Positions 36,784 through 47,556 of a stretch of 64,000 nt of DNA are shown here, one piece after another. Source of the stretch: Bacteroidota bacterium (GTDB lineage Bacteria; Bacteroidota; Bacteroidia; Bacteroidales; FEN-979); the NCBI GenBank assembly GCA_037133475.1, contig JBAXOB010000011.1, positions 18,994-82,993 on the forward strand, given 5' to 3'. Positions within the stretch are counted from its first letter, which is position 1; each line of letters starts with the position of its first letter. Made by a program: the position numbers and the translations under genes. The notes beneath the pieces are model-generated. The model worked only from the letters and a program-made list of their open reading frames with translations. It searched no databases and was not told the DNA's origin.

Positions 36784-38742
36784 TTATTGTATGGCCCTGC
36801 GCGCTTTCAGGATATATTTGGCAGTATCGAGCGGACTGATGCCCTTGTAGGGCCTGATCACCCCCAGTTCATCGGGACATTCGCGGTAACCATCAAAATG
36901 GGTCGAAATTCTCGCCTTCCCGCCTGAGCGGGAGCTCAGCCTTACCGGGAAATCAAGCGAGGTTGACAGGGGTACAATCCCCTGCAGGGTAAACCGGTTA
37001 TGGTCCAGCACCGGGCTTTCAAAACTCCCGCGCATGCGGGTAATGTCGCTGGTAATCACGCCAAGCAGGTCATCGGTGGCGTTTATCCTGAAACGGATCA
37101 TCGGTTCGAGCAGGGTGGTTCCGCTGTTGACCAGCCCGTTCATGATCCCCATGGGGGTGGCGATGGCAAAGTCGCCGGCACGCGAGTGCATGGGATGGTC
37201 CTCACCGGCAATCAATGTAATGCGGCAATCGGTAACTTCCCATCCTTTGATTCCCTGTTTCAGGGCCCCTGTAATGCTCCGTTCCGCCTCTTTCTGGTAT
37301 TTCAGCTGGATATCATTCACCGGGACGATGCTGTTATAAACCACGCCACTCCCCAGCTTTCCCGGCTCAACTAAGAAACGCATGATGGCCCAGCAGGGTT
37401 TGGGCATCCAGTATTGAACGAATCCCTCGGCCATGGAGGATGGGGTCTCCTTGTAAATCACAGTGGGATTTTCAAACTTTGCCGCGACACCAAAGCGGTC
37501 GGCCAGGATCCTTTCCAGCACCTCCATCTGGATCCAGCCCATGATCTTTACATGTAATTCCGCCTCATCGCGAAGCCATTCGAATTCCAGGGCGGGATCT
37601 TCGGCAGCAAGTTCCAGCATGGCGGCAGCCAGCGCTGAATAATCCCTGCTGTTCACTGCCTTCACCTGGACGGTCAGCAGGGGCATGCGCAGTGTTACGG
37701 CAGGTGGGATTCCATCGTGACCCACCCCCAGCAGGTCGCCGACCCGGGCGCTGACCAGCCCGCAAATCCCGGCCATGTCGCCGGCTTCAACCAGCCCGGT
37801 ATCCTCGAACCTTCCCGGGAAGATCCGCCGAACCTGGGTTACCTTCTCCTCCACCTGCCGGGTTTCATTGAAAATGACATCCCGGTTGACGATCTTTCCG
37901 CCAAAAACCTTAACCTGGGCAATTTTCCCCATGATCTTGTCATGGCTGATCCCGTAAACCAGCGCAGACAACGGTTCCCCGGCATCGCCCGCGGGGGCGG
38001 GGAAATAACGCACCACCGCATCCAGCAACTCCGTCATCCCCAGTCCCAGCTTTGCCGAGCCATACAGCAGGGGAAACACCCTGCCCGATTGTACCAGCTT
38101 TGCCAACTGGCGGTCGGCTTCGCTGAAGCCCGGGGCATCTCCCTCCAGGTAACGATCCAGCAGATGATCGTCGGTGGCGACCACCTGCTCAACAAGCCGG
38201 GCCTCCATCCCGGTTTCATTCCATATCGGCGTGACGGCCACATCATTTCCGCCCTCCCCCGATATCTCCTGCAGGCAGAGGGGGTCCACCCGCAGCTCCG
38301 CCTGAATTGCCCGGATAACCGCTTCACTGTCGGCCCCAACCCTGTCGGTCTTATTGATAAAGATAATGACAGGGAGGGAACTTTGCCGCAACCCGGCCCA
38401 CAACGTTTCGGTATGAGCCTGCACCCCTTCCACCGCGGAGATGACCAGGATGACCCCGTCGGGTACCCGCATGATCCGTTCGACATCGGCCGAAAAATCA
38501 ACATGGCCGGGGGTGTCAACAAGGTTGATGCGTATATCATTCCATACCAGCGAGGTGCTGGCCGAACGCACCGAGATGCCACGCTCGCGTTCAACCGGGA
38601 GAAAGTCGGTTTGGGCCGTCCCCTGGTCCACAAATCCCGGCTGCCGGGTCTGTCCGCCCAGGAAGAGGAGGTGCTCTGTAATGGTGGTCTTGCCGGCATC
38701 GGCATGGGCCATGATGGCTATGTTGCGGATGGGCCGGGACAT
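36784..38742 (-). CDS. TetM/TetO-like translational GTPase (ribosomal protection protein superfamily, divergent loop III)
   Basis: AHADAGKTT, ERERGISV, DTPGHVDF, NKTD; TetM-like size and domain IV (P..VIYKE, KP.WA, GWEVTDC). Confidence 0.88.
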   Translation of the reverse strand: MSRPIRNIAIMAHADAGKTTITEHLLFLGGQTRQPGFVDQGTAQTDFLPVERERGISVRSASTSLVWNDIRINLVDTPGHVDFSADVERIMRVPDGVILVISAVEGVQAHTETLWAGLRQSSLPVIIFINKTDRVGADSEAVIRAIQAELRVDPLCLQEISGEGGNDVAVTPIWNETGMEARLVEQVVATDDHLLDRYLEGDAPGFSEADRQLAKLVQSGRVFPLLYGSAKLGLGMTELLDAVVRYFPAPAGDAGEPLSALVYGISHDKIMGKIAQVKVFGGKIVNRDVIFNETRQVEEKVTQVRRIFPGRFEDTGLVEAGDMAGICGLVSARVGDLLGVGHDGIPPAVTLRMPLLTVQVKAVNSRDYSALAAAMLELAAEDPALEFEWLRDEAELHVKIMGWIQMEVLERILADRFGVAAKFENPTVIYKETPSSMAEGFVQYWMPKPCWAIMRFLVEPGKLGSGVVYNSIVPVNDIQLKYQKEAERSITGALKQGIKGWEVTDCRITLIAGEDHPMHSRAGDFAIATPMGIMNGLVNSGTTLLEPMIRFRINATDDLLGVITSDITRMRGSFESPVLDHNRFTLQGIVPLSTSLDFPVRLSSRSGGKARISTHFDGYRECPDELGVIRPYKGISPLDTAKYILKARRAIQ

Positions 38743-38753
38743 GACGGGATGGA

Positions 38754-39818
38754 TTACTTTTTAGCAGTTTCGAATTTCTTCGAATCTACCATTTGCTGGA
38801 AAAAATCGACCATCGAAGTTTCCACCGGCCGGTATGTCATGCCGAGAGACCGGATACTCTTGGTATTGTCAACCCGCCACGGATAACCCACATTCAGCCG
38901 GATCATCTTTCGTTTGAATCCGGCCATGGGGGCAAAAAGCCAGATGAGGAACTTAGGCAGTATTTTGGTTGGAAAGGGATATGCCTTGCCGAATTTCTGC
39001 TGAAGATATCCCGACAGGGTGAGGAAATCGGTGTTTTCAGCCGAGATAATGTGCCTTCCCTCTGCCTCCGGCAGGAAGCCAGCCCTGTATTGGGCCTCGG
39101 CGAGGTCCCTTACATCGACCACCCCGATGCTGAACGAGGGAACGCCGCTTTTCATGCTGCCGTCGCCCAGCTGGCGTACCAGGCTGAAACTCTCGGAGGT
39201 CGCATCGGGGTTGATGCCCGGGCCGATAACCAGGGAGGGATTTATCACCACCAGGTCCCAGCGGTTTTGCGCCTTTACCATCTCCCACGCTGCCTGTTCG
39301 GCAACTGTCTTTGAATAGGAATAGGCCTGGTGACCGACGGTTGAGGTGGTATTCCACTGTGCTTCCGTGGCAATTCCTCCCGGGTAACCCAGGCAATCCT
39401 TCGCATCGCCGATGATGGCGGCGCAACTGCTGGTAAGTACCACCCGTTTGACCGTCGCGGTGCGGTTTGCCGAAGCCAGCACATTCCGGGTACCCTTCAA
39501 TGCCGGGTCAACGAGATCCTTTTGCGGATCCCTGATGTTGCTGGTAAAAGGGGAAGCCGTATGAAACACCAGTTCACACCCTGCCATCGCCTCGTCGTAG
39601 GCTCCTTCGGACAGCAGGTCGGCTTTGAAATACAGGATGGTGCCCTTTGCCTTTTCGGCCAGGGCATCCAGGAACACCAGCGATTGTTTGTTTCCCGGGT
39701 TCCTTACGGTGGCGTGCACCGTGATTCCTTCATCCAGGAGCTTTTTAATGATCCAGCCGGCAACATAGCCGGTGGCGCCGGTGACCATCACCGGCTTGGT
39801 TTTATCTATGGTTTGCAT
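38754..39818 (-). CDS. NAD-dependent epimerase/dehydratase (dihydroflavonol/aldehyde reductase-like)
   Basis: VTGATGYVA, HTASP, TSSCAA and YSYSK motifs. Confidence 0.88.
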   Translation of the reverse strand: MQTIDKTKPVMVTGATGYVAGWIIKKLLDEGITVHATVRNPGNKQSLVFLDALAEKAKGTILYFKADLLSEGAYDEAMAGCELVFHTASPFTSNIRDPQKDLVDPALKGTRNVLASANRTATVKRVVLTSSCAAIIGDAKDCLGYPGGIATEAQWNTTSTVGHQAYSYSKTVAEQAAWEMVKAQNRWDLVVINPSLVIGPGINPDATSESFSLVRQLGDGSMKSGVPSFSIGVVDVRDLAEAQYRAGFLPEAEGRHIISAENTDFLTLSGYLQQKFGKAYPFPTKILPKFLIWLFAPMAGFKRKMIRLNVGYPWRVDNTKSIRSLGMTYRPVETSMVDFFQQMVDSKKFETAKK

Positions 39819-39874
39819 GGTTGTTTGGTTTTAAACCCCTTTCCCCTCTGCATGCAGGGAGAGATCGGGGTGGG

Positions 39875-42517
39875 TTATTTCAGTCCCCTGATCTGTTCTT
39901 CGAGCACACGGATCCGGGCGGCGGCATCCTCCTGTTTCTTTCGTTCGGAGTCAACCACGGCCGGAGGCGCATTTTTAACGAAACTGTCGTTGCCCAGTTT
40001 CTGCATCACCTTTCCCAGGAAACCGGTCGTGTAGGCCAGTTCCTCTTCAAGTTTCCGGATCTCTTCCGCAACGTCGATTTTCCCGGTGAGCGGGATGAAA
40101 AATTCGGTGGAACCCGTGACGAAAGAGATGCTGTCGGGCACCTTATCCGAAACATAGGCAATTTCGCTGATGTTGCAAAGTTTTCCGACCAGGGCATCGA
40201 AGGTTGTGTCCGATGCTTCGTTATTGTTTTTACGGATAAAGAGCCGGATTGCCTCCTTCTGGGGAATATTTTTTTCTTTCCTGACATTGCGGATGGCCAT
40301 GATGACCTCCTCCGCAAAGCCGAACTTCGCGATCAGCTCCTGGTCAAAGGCGGCAGGAACCGGCACCATGCAAAGCATGATCGACTCGCCTTCACCGCGC
40401 TCTTCGAGGATCTGCCAGATCTCCTCGGTGATAAAGGGCATAAAGGGATGAAGGACCTTGAGCAACTTTTCAAACAAACCTTTGACCGCTTCAAGGGTCG
40501 GCCGGTCGATAGGTTGCTGGTAGGCAGGCTTGATCATTTCGAGGAACCAGGAGCAGAAATCGTCCCACACCAGCTTGTAGGCGGCCATCAGCGCCTCCGA
40601 CAGCCGGTAATCGTCGTAAAGTGCATTGATATTCTGCAGGGCAGCGTTGAAGGCCGATTCAAACCAGTTCAGCGAAACCCTGTTTACCTCTGATTGTTCC
40701 AGGGAATCATCCACAGGCCATCCCTTTACAAGCCGCAGGGCGTTCCAAATCTTGTTGCAGAAATTCCTGCCCTGTTCAATGAGGGCGTCGTCGTATAGAA
40801 GGTCGTTGCCTGCGGGGGAACAGAGAAGCATGCCCACGCGAACGGCATCGGCGCCGTTGAGGCTGATGAGGTTCAGCGGTTCGGGAGAATTGCCGAGCGA
40901 TTTCGACATCTTCCTGCCGAGTTTGTCGCGTACGATGCCGGTGAAATATACATTCTTAAAGGGGATTGCCTTGCGGTACTCCATGCCGGCCATGATCATC
41001 CGCGCTACCCAGAAAAAGATGATCTCCGGGGCGGTGATCAGGTCGTTGGTGGGATAATAGTAATTGATATCGGCATTGTCGGGATGACGGATGCCGTCAA
41101 ACACCGAGATGGGCCAGAGCCAGCTCGAAAACCAGGTATCCAGCACGTCCTCGTCCTGACGGAGATCGGAAATGGAATATTTTGCATCCTCTCCTTTGAT
41201 TTTCGCATTGGCGATTACAAGCGCCTCCTCCTTCGAACGGGCCACGACGAATTCCCCGCCGGGCAGGTAATAGGCCGGTATCCGCTGTCCCCACCACAAC
41301 TGGCGCGAGATGCACCAGTCGGTGACATTGGACATCCAGTGGCGGTACATGTTTTTATACTTGGCGGGGTGGAAAAGGATGGTATCGTTTTCAACCAATT
41401 CGAGGGCCGGTTTGGCCAGGTCCTTCATCTTCATGAACCACTGGACTGAGATCCGGGGTTCGATGACCTCATCAGTGCGTTCGGAGTAACCAACCTTGTT
41501 GGTATATTCCTGTATTTTGACGATATGACCCTTTTCTTTCAGCTCCTCGGTGATTTTTCGGCGAACCACAAAGCGGTCCTCGCCTACATAGAGCAGGGCA
41601 GCTTCGCTCAGCGTACCGTTGGGGTTGAAGGTATCGATGACCTCGAGCTTGTATTTCAGCCCGAGGTTGTAGTCGTTTACGTCGTGGGCCGGGGTAACCT
41701 TCAGGGCGCCGGTGCCGAATTCGCGGTCGACATATTCATCGAAGATCACCGGGATGGAGCGGTTGATCAGCGGGACCATGATCCGTTTCCCGCGAAGATG
41801 CCGGTAGCGCGCGTCTTCGGGGTGAACGCAGATGGCGGTATCCCCCAAAATGGTCTCAGGGCGGGTGGTGGCAATGGTGATCCATTCATCCTCTGTTCCC
41901 TCAACCCTGTAGCGGACATAAAACAATTTCGAATTGACCTCCTTGTAGATCACCTCTTCATCCGATACGGCGGTTAGGGCCTTCGGGTCCCAGTTGACCA
42001 TGCGGATTCCGCGGTAGATCAGGCCTTTGTTATAAAGGTCGATAAATACGTCGATGACCGAATCGTACAGCGATTCATCCATGGTAAAGCAGGTACGTTC
42101 CCAGTCGCAGGAGGCGCCGAGTTTCTTAAGCTGGTCGAGGATGATCCCGCCATGCTTGGTTTTCCATTCCCAGGCATGTTCCATGAAGGTTTCGCGCGTC
42201 AGGCTGGATTTGTCGATCCCCTCATCCTTGAGTTTGGCAACCACCTTGGCTTCTGTGGCAATGGAGGCATGGTCGGTTCCCGGGACCCAGCAGGCATTCT
42301 TGCCCATCATCCTTGCGCGGCGGACCATAATATCCTGGATGGTATTGTTCAGCATGTGTCCCATATGGAGAACGCCAGTCACGTTGGGAGGCGGGATCAC
42401 AATACAATAGGGCTCGCGTTCATCGGGAACGGAGTGGAAGAAACCCTGTTTCATCCAGTATTCGTACCATTTATCCTCAACCTGCGAGGGGCTGTATTTG
42501 GAGGCAATTTCGGTCAT
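39875..42517 (-). CDS. valS: Valine--tRNA ligase
   Basis: [13 protein letters not shown] (HIGH), [17 protein letters not shown]-terminal coiled arm. Confidence 0.98.
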   Translation of the reverse strand: MTEIASKYSPSQVEDKWYEYWMKQGFFHSVPDEREPYCIVIPPPNVTGVLHMGHMLNNTIQDIMVRRARMMGKNACWVPGTDHASIATEAKVVAKLKDEGIDKSSLTRETFMEHAWEWKTKHGGIILDQLKKLGASCDWERTCFTMDESLYDSVIDVFIDLYNKGLIYRGIRMVNWDPKALTAVSDEEVIYKEVNSKLFYVRYRVEGTEDEWITIATTRPETILGDTAICVHPEDARYRHLRGKRIMVPLINRSIPVIFDEYVDREFGTGALKVTPAHDVNDYNLGLKYKLEVIDTFNPNGTLSEAALLYVGEDRFVVRRKITEELKEKGHIVKIQEYTNKVGYSERTDEVIEPRISVQWFMKMKDLAKPALELVENDTILFHPAKYKNMYRHWMSNVTDWCISRQLWWGQRIPAYYLPGGEFVVARSKEEALVIANAKIKGEDAKYSISDLRQDEDVLDTWFSSWLWPISVFDGIRHPDNADINYYYPTNDLITAPEIIFFWVARMIMAGMEYRKAIPFKNVYFTGIVRDKLGRKMSKSLGNSPEPLNLISLNGADAVRVGMLLCSPAGNDLLYDDALIEQGRNFCNKIWNALRLVKGWPVDDSLEQSEVNRVSLNWFESAFNAALQNINALYDDYRLSEALMAAYKLVWDDFCSWFLEMIKPAYQQPIDRPTLEAVKGLFEKLLKVLHPFMPFITEEIWQILEERGEGESIMLCMVPVPAAFDQELIAKFGFAEEVIMAIRNVRKEKNIPQKEAIRLFIRKNNNEASDTTFDALVGKLCNISEIAYVSDKVPDSISFVTGSTEFFIPLTGKIDVAEEIRKLEEELAYTTGFLGKVMQKLGNDSFVKNAPPAVVDSERKKQEDAAARIRVLEEQIRGLK

Positions 42518-42540
42518 CGCTGCAGTTTTTTATAGAGCCG

Positions 42541-42548
42541 CAAAATTA
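42541..42548 (-). promoter_or_regulatory. -7 box TAATTTTG upstream of valS
   Basis: Exact TAnnTTTG 23 nt before the ATG. Confidence 0.55.
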
Positions 42549-42573
42549 GTAAAAAATCCGGGAAGGATTGCGG

Positions 42574-43509
42574 TCAGAATAACTTGCTGCGTTTTACCAG
42601 GTAGGGAAGCAGCACCTGTTCAAAACCCGAATGGATATCGGCTTCAACCAGGTCGATGTGATACTGGCCGCAACGGAGCTTTAATTCATTGCTGAAGGCG
42701 GAGAGCGCCCCGACGTAGCGTTCCCTGAGTTTTGAAGGATGCACCCTGAGCTGTTCGCCGGTTTCCAGGTCGATGAATTTATAGGGCCGGTCCTCGAAAT
42801 CGAAATTTATCTCCTTTCCCTTATCCACCACATGAAACAGGATGACCTCGTGCTTATTGTGCTTCAGGTGCTGCAACGCGGAAAACAGCTCCTCCGGTTG
42901 CGCCGACCTGTCGAACATGTCGCTGAAGATGATCACCAGCGAACGTTTATGGATCCTTTCCGCCAGTTCATGGATGGCCTGTGCCACATTGGTACCCTTG
43001 TGCTCTTCGGGCGGCCGTGGGATCAGGAGTTTGTCAAGTTCATTGAAAAGGTACCGGTGATGTACCGGGTTCGATTTCGTCTGGGTATGCAGCTCCACCG
43101 TGTCCGAAAACACGCTGATGCCGGCCGCGTCCCGCTGTTTCCTGAAAAGATAAAGCAGGGCGGCCGCAACATAAGCGGAGAAGGTGATCTTGTTGGGATG
43201 ATTGATGTCGGGACTCGACAACACCGGGTAATACATCGACGAAGAGTTGTCGATAAACACCTGGCATCGCAGGTTGGTCTCCTCCTCATAGCGTTTGGTA
43301 TAGAGACGGTCGGTGCGGCCGAACAACTTCCAGTCGATCGAACGGATCGATTCGCCTGTGTTGTACAGCCGGTGCTCGGCAAACTCAACACTGAAACCGT
43401 GAAAAGGGCTTTTATGCAGCCCCGTGATAAACCCCTCAACCACCTGCCTGGCTAAGAATTCAAGTGAGGAGAATTGCTCCAGGCGGCCTGTATCGAGGGT
43501 GGGTGGCAC
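42574..43509 (-). CDS. DUF58 (MoxR-associated vWA-like) protein
   Basis: GLHKSPFHGFSVEFAEHRLY, IDWK, YEEETNL, DNSSSM, IFSDM; GTG start 3 nt after the trxA stop. Confidence 0.92.
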   Translation of the reverse strand: MPPTLDTGRLEQFSSLEFLARQVVEGFITGLHKSPFHGFSVEFAEHRLYNTGESIRSIDWKLFGRTDRLYTKRYEEETNLRCQVFIDNSSSMYYPVLSSPDINHPNKITFSAYVAAALLYLFRKQRDAAGISVFSDTVELHTQTKSNPVHHRYLFNELDKLLIPRPPEEHKGTNVAQAIHELAERIHKRSLVIIFSDMFDRSAQPEELFSALQHLKHNKHEVILFHVVDKGKEINFDFEDRPYKFIDLETGEQLRVHPSKLRERYVGALSAFSNELKLRCGQYHIDLVEADIHSGFEQVLLPYLVKRSKLF

Positions 43510-43512
43510 AGG

Positions 43513-43830
43513 TTAAATATATTTTTCAATGAGGGCCTTATAGGAGGCCTTGGGTACGGCGCCGACCTGTTTGTCGACCACCTCGCCGCCCTTGATAAAA
43601 AGCACAGTGGGAATATTCCTGACCCGGTAAAGGGCGGTAGTTGCGGGATTGTCGTCAACATTCAGTTCCCCGGCCACGATGCGGCCTTCGTATTCGGCTG
43701 CCAGTTCGTGAATGATGGGTGAAACCATGCGGCAGGGTCCGCACCATTCGGCCGACAGGTCAACCAGGGCAAGCTTGTCGCTCTTTACGATCTTCTCTTC
43801 AAAATTTGCATCCGTTAATGTTTCGAACAT
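43513..43830 (-). CDS. trxA: Thioredoxin
   Basis: AEWCGPC active site, 105 aa. Confidence 0.95.
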   Translation of the reverse strand: MFETLTDANFEEKIVKSDKLALVDLSAEWCGPCRMVSPIIHELAAEYEGRIVAGELNVDDNPATTALYRVRNIPTVLFIKGGEVVDKQVGAVPKASYKALIEKYI

Positions 43831-43907
43831 ATGATAATTCTTTAAAAGTGAGTTAAATTTCAGGTGGCTAAATTACAAAAAAGGTTTCATTTTATGACCG
43901 GTGAACA

Positions 43908-46900
43908 TCATCCAATATCTCCGACAACCCTCACCTGGAATTCCGGCATATCGGCCAGGGCGCCGATCAACTCCTTGGGATTCACCCTGAATTTTTTGGA
44001 AGGCAGGTCAATGGTGGTATTTTCAAGCGGGTCGTGGACCCTGATGCGCATGCTGCATTTCCCCTTGTGGAATTTTGCAGCCTGTACCAGTTTGCTGATG
44101 CTTTCAGCCGTAAGGTCATTCAGGAAAACGGTCACCGACAGCAGTTTCGAAAATTTCTCCAGCACCTCCGGCAGCAGCGTAACCTGGTTTACGCGGATGG
44201 ACATCTGGTCGGGTGAGTCAAACCTGGATTCGATGCGGGCTTTCAGAAAGACATACTGCCCGGCTTCCAGCATATGTTTCCAGCGAAGGTATTCTTCCGA
44301 AAACATCGTCAGGGAGATAAAGTTGAAATAGTCCTCGACAACAAAGGAACCATACGGTTTTCCGGTCTTGCCGACCTTGTGGTTCGCCTCGATGACGATC
44401 CCGGCAAAGGTTACATCTTTCCCCTTCAGCCCCCTGAGGTCCTGTTTCAGATCTTCGATGGTCATATTGCAAAACTGGTCTATCTCCAGTTGGTAATCGT
44501 CGAGCGGGTGGCCGCTCATATAAAAGCCCGTGACCTCCTTTTCAAACTTCAGCTGCTCCAGCTTGGACCAGGGGCGGCATTCGGGCATGGTCAGTTCCGG
44601 GAAGTGGATCTCCTCGGCCTCACCGAAAAGCGACTGCTGCATCGAATCCTTCCGGGCATGGTAATCGGTGGCATGACGGATGAGCTTTTCAAGGAACACC
44701 ATATCGTCGGAGTTCTCCTGGTAGAAATACTGCGCCCGGTGGGTGTTCTCGAAACAATCGAAGGCCCCGGCCTTGGCCAGCGACTCCATGCAGCGTTTGT
44801 TCACCGTGTGGGAGTTGATGCGGCGGGTCATGTCGAAAATACTGGTGTAGGGCCCGCCCTTGACCCGTTCCTCGACGATACTGGTCACGGCAGCCTCGCC
44901 GACATTCTTGATGCCGGCCATCCCGAAGCGGATCTCCCCCCGTTTATTGGCAAAAAAAGCGTTGGAACTCTCGTTCACATCGGGGCCCAGTACCGGGATA
45001 TGCATCCGCTTGCATTCATCCAGGAAGAGGGTGATCTCCTTGAGGTCGTTCAGGTTTCGGCTTAAGACGGCCGCCATGAATTCGGCCGGGTAGTGGGCCT
45101 TGAGCCAGGCCATGCGGTAAGCAACGTAAGCATAGCAGGCCGAATGCGATTTATTGAATGCATAGTCGGTAAAGGCCATCCAGTCATTCCATATCTTTTT
45201 GACCACCTCCTCGTCGTGACCGTTGTTCCTGCAGCCGTCGAAGAACTTGGGCTTCAGCTCGGTCATCATGTGTTCGATCTTCTTGCCCATGGCCTTGCGC
45301 AGGGAATCTGCCTGCCCCTTGGTAAAGCCTGCCAGCTCCTGCGAAAGGAGCATGACCTGCTCCTGGTAGACCGTGATGCCATAGGTATCCTTCAGGTATT
45401 TTTCCATCGAAGGAATATCATAGGCGATCTTTTCCCGCCCATGTTTCCGCGCGATAAAGCTGGGGATATAATCCATCGGGCCGGGCCGGTAGAGCGCGTT
45501 CATGGCAATGAGATCCTCGATCTTGTTGGGTTTTAGCTCTCGGAGGTATTTTTTCATCCCGTCCGACTCAAACTGGAAGATGCCGGTGGTCTTGCCCTGG
45601 CTGAACAATTCGTAGGTCGCTGCATCGTCGAACGGGAGGTTGTCCATATCGATGTCGACGCCCCTGGAATTGTTGATGTTTCTGACGGCATCCTTGATGA
45701 TGGAGAGCGTTTTCAGCCCCAGGAAGTCCATCTTGAGCATTCCTACCTTTTCGATAAAAGAGCCGTCGAACTGTGTCACAAACAGTTCGGTCTCTTTTGA
45801 AATCGTGATGGGAATATATTCGGTCAGGTCGTCGCGGCTGATGATGATGCCGCAGGCGTGAAGCCCTGTCTGGCGCACCGATCCCTCGAGGCTCTCGGCG
45901 ATCCTCATCGTTTCGGCGATCAGCGGGTTGGGAGAGGTACGTGCCGCCTTCAGTTCGGGCACCTCCTCATAGGCGGCCTTCAGCGTGATGCCTGGTTTGG
46001 TGGGAACCAGCTTGCAGATGCGGTTCACCTCGTCGAGCGGAAGCCGCTGTACGCGTCCCACGTCGCGGATGGCGCCCTTGGCCGCCATGGTGCCAAAGGT
46101 GATCACCTGGGCCACCTTGTTTTTGCCATATTTTTCAACGACCCATTTCAATACGCGGTCACGGCCATCCTCATCGAAGTCAATATCGATATCGGGCATG
46201 GAGATACGGTCGGGATTGAGGAACCTTTCAAACAGCAGGTCAAACTTCAACGGGTCCACATCGGTGATACGGATACAAAAGGCCACTACCGAACCTGCTG
46301 CCGAGCCCCGTCCCGGCCCGACCGAAACGCCCATTGACCTGGCGGCATTCAGGAAATCCTGTACAATCAGGAAGTAGCCCGGATATCCCATATGTTTGAT
46401 GACGGCCAGCTCGAAATCGATGCGGTCGGCAATTTCCTGCGTAATCTCCGGGTAGCGCTTTTCCGCACCGATCATGGTCAGGTGGCGCAGATATTCGTCG
46501 GGATCGGTAAACCCGTCGGGCAGCGGGAAATCGGGCATGATCGGTTCGCGGTTCAGGCTGTAAGGCTCGACCTTGTCAAGCACTTCGATGGTATTCTCCA
46601 GTGCCTCGGGGATGTCGGCAAAGAGCTTGTTCATCTCCTCCTTCGACTTGAACCACTCCTGGCCTGTATAGCGCATCCTGTCGATATCATCCATGAACTT
46701 GCCCGTATTGATACAAAGCAGGCGGTCGTGGATCTCGGCATCGGCTTCATTAAGAAAATGAACGTCGTTGGTGGCAAGCAACTTGACATCGAGTTTGTGC
46801 GCAAGCTTTACCAGCTCATCCCCTACCACCATCTGGCGTTTATATACATCTCCGTCGCGCGTGGGATCGGTGGCGGGATGACGCATCAGCTCCAGGTAAA

Positions 46901-47411
46901 AGTCACCGCCAAACAGCTTCTTATATTCCAGGATGACCTGTTCAGCCTTCGCAAGGTTCCCTGCCTGGATGGCCCGCGGGATCTCCCCGGCCAGGCAGGC
47001 GGAGGAGGCGATCAGTCCTTCGTGATATTGAGCCAGCAGTTGTTTGTCGATACGGGGCTTATAATAATGGCCTTCAGTCCAGGAAAACGAGATGAGCTTC
47101 AGCAGGTTATTGTATCCCTTGGCATTCTTGGCCAGCAGGATCAGGTGATCACCCTTGCGGTCGATCATCTCCGATTTATCCTTGTGACCGCGCCTGGCCA
47201 CATAGGTCTCACAGCCGAAAATGGGCTTGAAATCCTCATATTTTGCTGCCGCCTCTGCAAACTCCTTGATACCATAGAGGTTTCCATGGTCGGTCACTGC
47301 CGCTCCCCGCATGCCAAGCGATGCTGCCTTGCCTACCATCTCCTTGATGCGACAGGCTCCGTCGAGAATAGAATATTGTGTATGTAGGTGTAAATGAATA
47401 AAATCAACCAT
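43908..47411 (-). CDS. dnaE: DNA polymerase III alpha subunit
   Basis: Start re-assigned to ATG 47411 (MVDFIHLHLHTQYSILDG, PHP domain); GRGSAAG, SMPDIDIDF, KMDFLGL and FNKSH motifs; no intein. Confidence 0.97.
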   Translation of the reverse strand: MVDFIHLHLHTQYSILDGACRIKEMVGKAASLGMRGAAVTDHGNLYGIKEFAEAAAKYEDFKPIFGCETYVARRGHKDKSEMIDRKGDHLILLAKNAKGYNNLLKLISFSWTEGHYYKPRIDKQLLAQYHEGLIASSACLAGEIPRAIQAGNLAKAEQVILEYKKLFGGDFYLELMRHPATDPTRDGDVYKRQMVVGDELVKLAHKLDVKLLATNDVHFLNEADAEIHDRLLCINTGKFMDDIDRMRYTGQEWFKSKEEMNKLFADIPEALENTIEVLDKVEPYSLNREPIMPDFPLPDGFTDPDEYLRHLTMIGAEKRYPEITQEIADRIDFELAVIKHMGYPGYFLIVQDFLNAARSMGVSVGPGRGSAAGSVVAFCIRITDVDPLKFDLLFERFLNPDRISMPDIDIDFDEDGRDRVLKWVVEKYGKNKVAQVITFGTMAAKGAIRDVGRVQRLPLDEVNRICKLVPTKPGITLKAAYEEVPELKAARTSPNPLIAETMRIAESLEGSVRQTGLHACGIIISRDDLTEYIPITISKETELFVTQFDGSFIEKVGMLKMDFLGLKTLSIIKDAVRNINNSRGVDIDMDNLPFDDAATYELFSQGKTTGIFQFESDGMKKYLRELKPNKIEDLIAMNALYRPGPMDYIPSFIARKHGREKIAYDIPSMEKYLKDTYGITVYQEQVMLLSQELAGFTKGQADSLRKAMGKKIEHMMTELKPKFFDGCRNNGHDEEVVKKIWNDWMAFTDYAFNKSHSACYAYVAYRMAWLKAHYPAEFMAAVLSRNLNDLKEITLFLDECKRMHIPVLGPDVNESSNAFFANKRGEIRFGMAGIKNVGEAAVTSIVEERVKGGPYTSIFDMTRRINSHTVNKRCMESLAKAGAFDCFENTHRAQYFYQENSDDMVFLEKLIRHATDYHARKDSMQQSLFGEAEEIHFPELTMPECRPWSKLEQLKFEKEVTGFYMSGHPLDDYQLEIDQFCNMTIEDLKQDLRGLKGKDVTFAGIVIEANHKVGKTGKPYGSFVVEDYFNFISLTMFSEEYLRWKHMLEAGQYVFLKARIESRFDSPDQMSIRVNQVTLLPEVLEKFSKLLSVTVFLNDLTAESISKLVQAAKFHKGKCSMRIRVHDPLENTTIDLPSKKFRVNPKELIGALADMPEFQVRVVGDIG

Positions 47412-47532
47412 GAGTTTGGGATAATTTCCGAAGGTGGACCGAGGCGGTAAAATTATTTCAAAATCCCCTATGAAATCCGGTTGTTGATAAATTATCCGGA
47501 GACAGGAGCAAACAACCCAATCTTCTATCGCG

Positions 47533-47540
47533 TACCTTTG
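47533..47540 (+). promoter_or_regulatory. -7 box TACCTTTG for the DUF2231-VOC genes
   Basis: Exact TAnnTTTG 16 nt before ATG 47557. Confidence 0.5.
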
Positions 47541-47556
47541 CTTAAAAATCAAGGGT

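Noticed and set aside
36784-38742. Calling this gene tet(Q)/tet(M)
   Set aside because: It lacks the YSPVST loop, has no mobile context and is clearly divergent; no symbol assigned.
37717-38886. 389-aa plus-strand ORF antisense to the Tet-like GTPase (similarly 39821-40693, 46392-47387, 52217-53284, 4829-5716)
   Set aside because: Shadow ORFs from codon bias of GC-rich genes; no motifs or plausible starts, fully overlapped by well-supported genes.
43908-47411. Intein in dnaE
   Set aside because: Length (1167 aa) and motif spacing are normal; no splice-junction or LAGLIDADG motifs.
47412-47552. N-terminal extension of dnaE in the ORF track (likewise 59370 for batA, 14954 for DUF4251, 53293 and 24248)
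   Set aside because: Extensions are non-homologous and overlap promoters or terminators; downstream ATGs give canonical N-termini.
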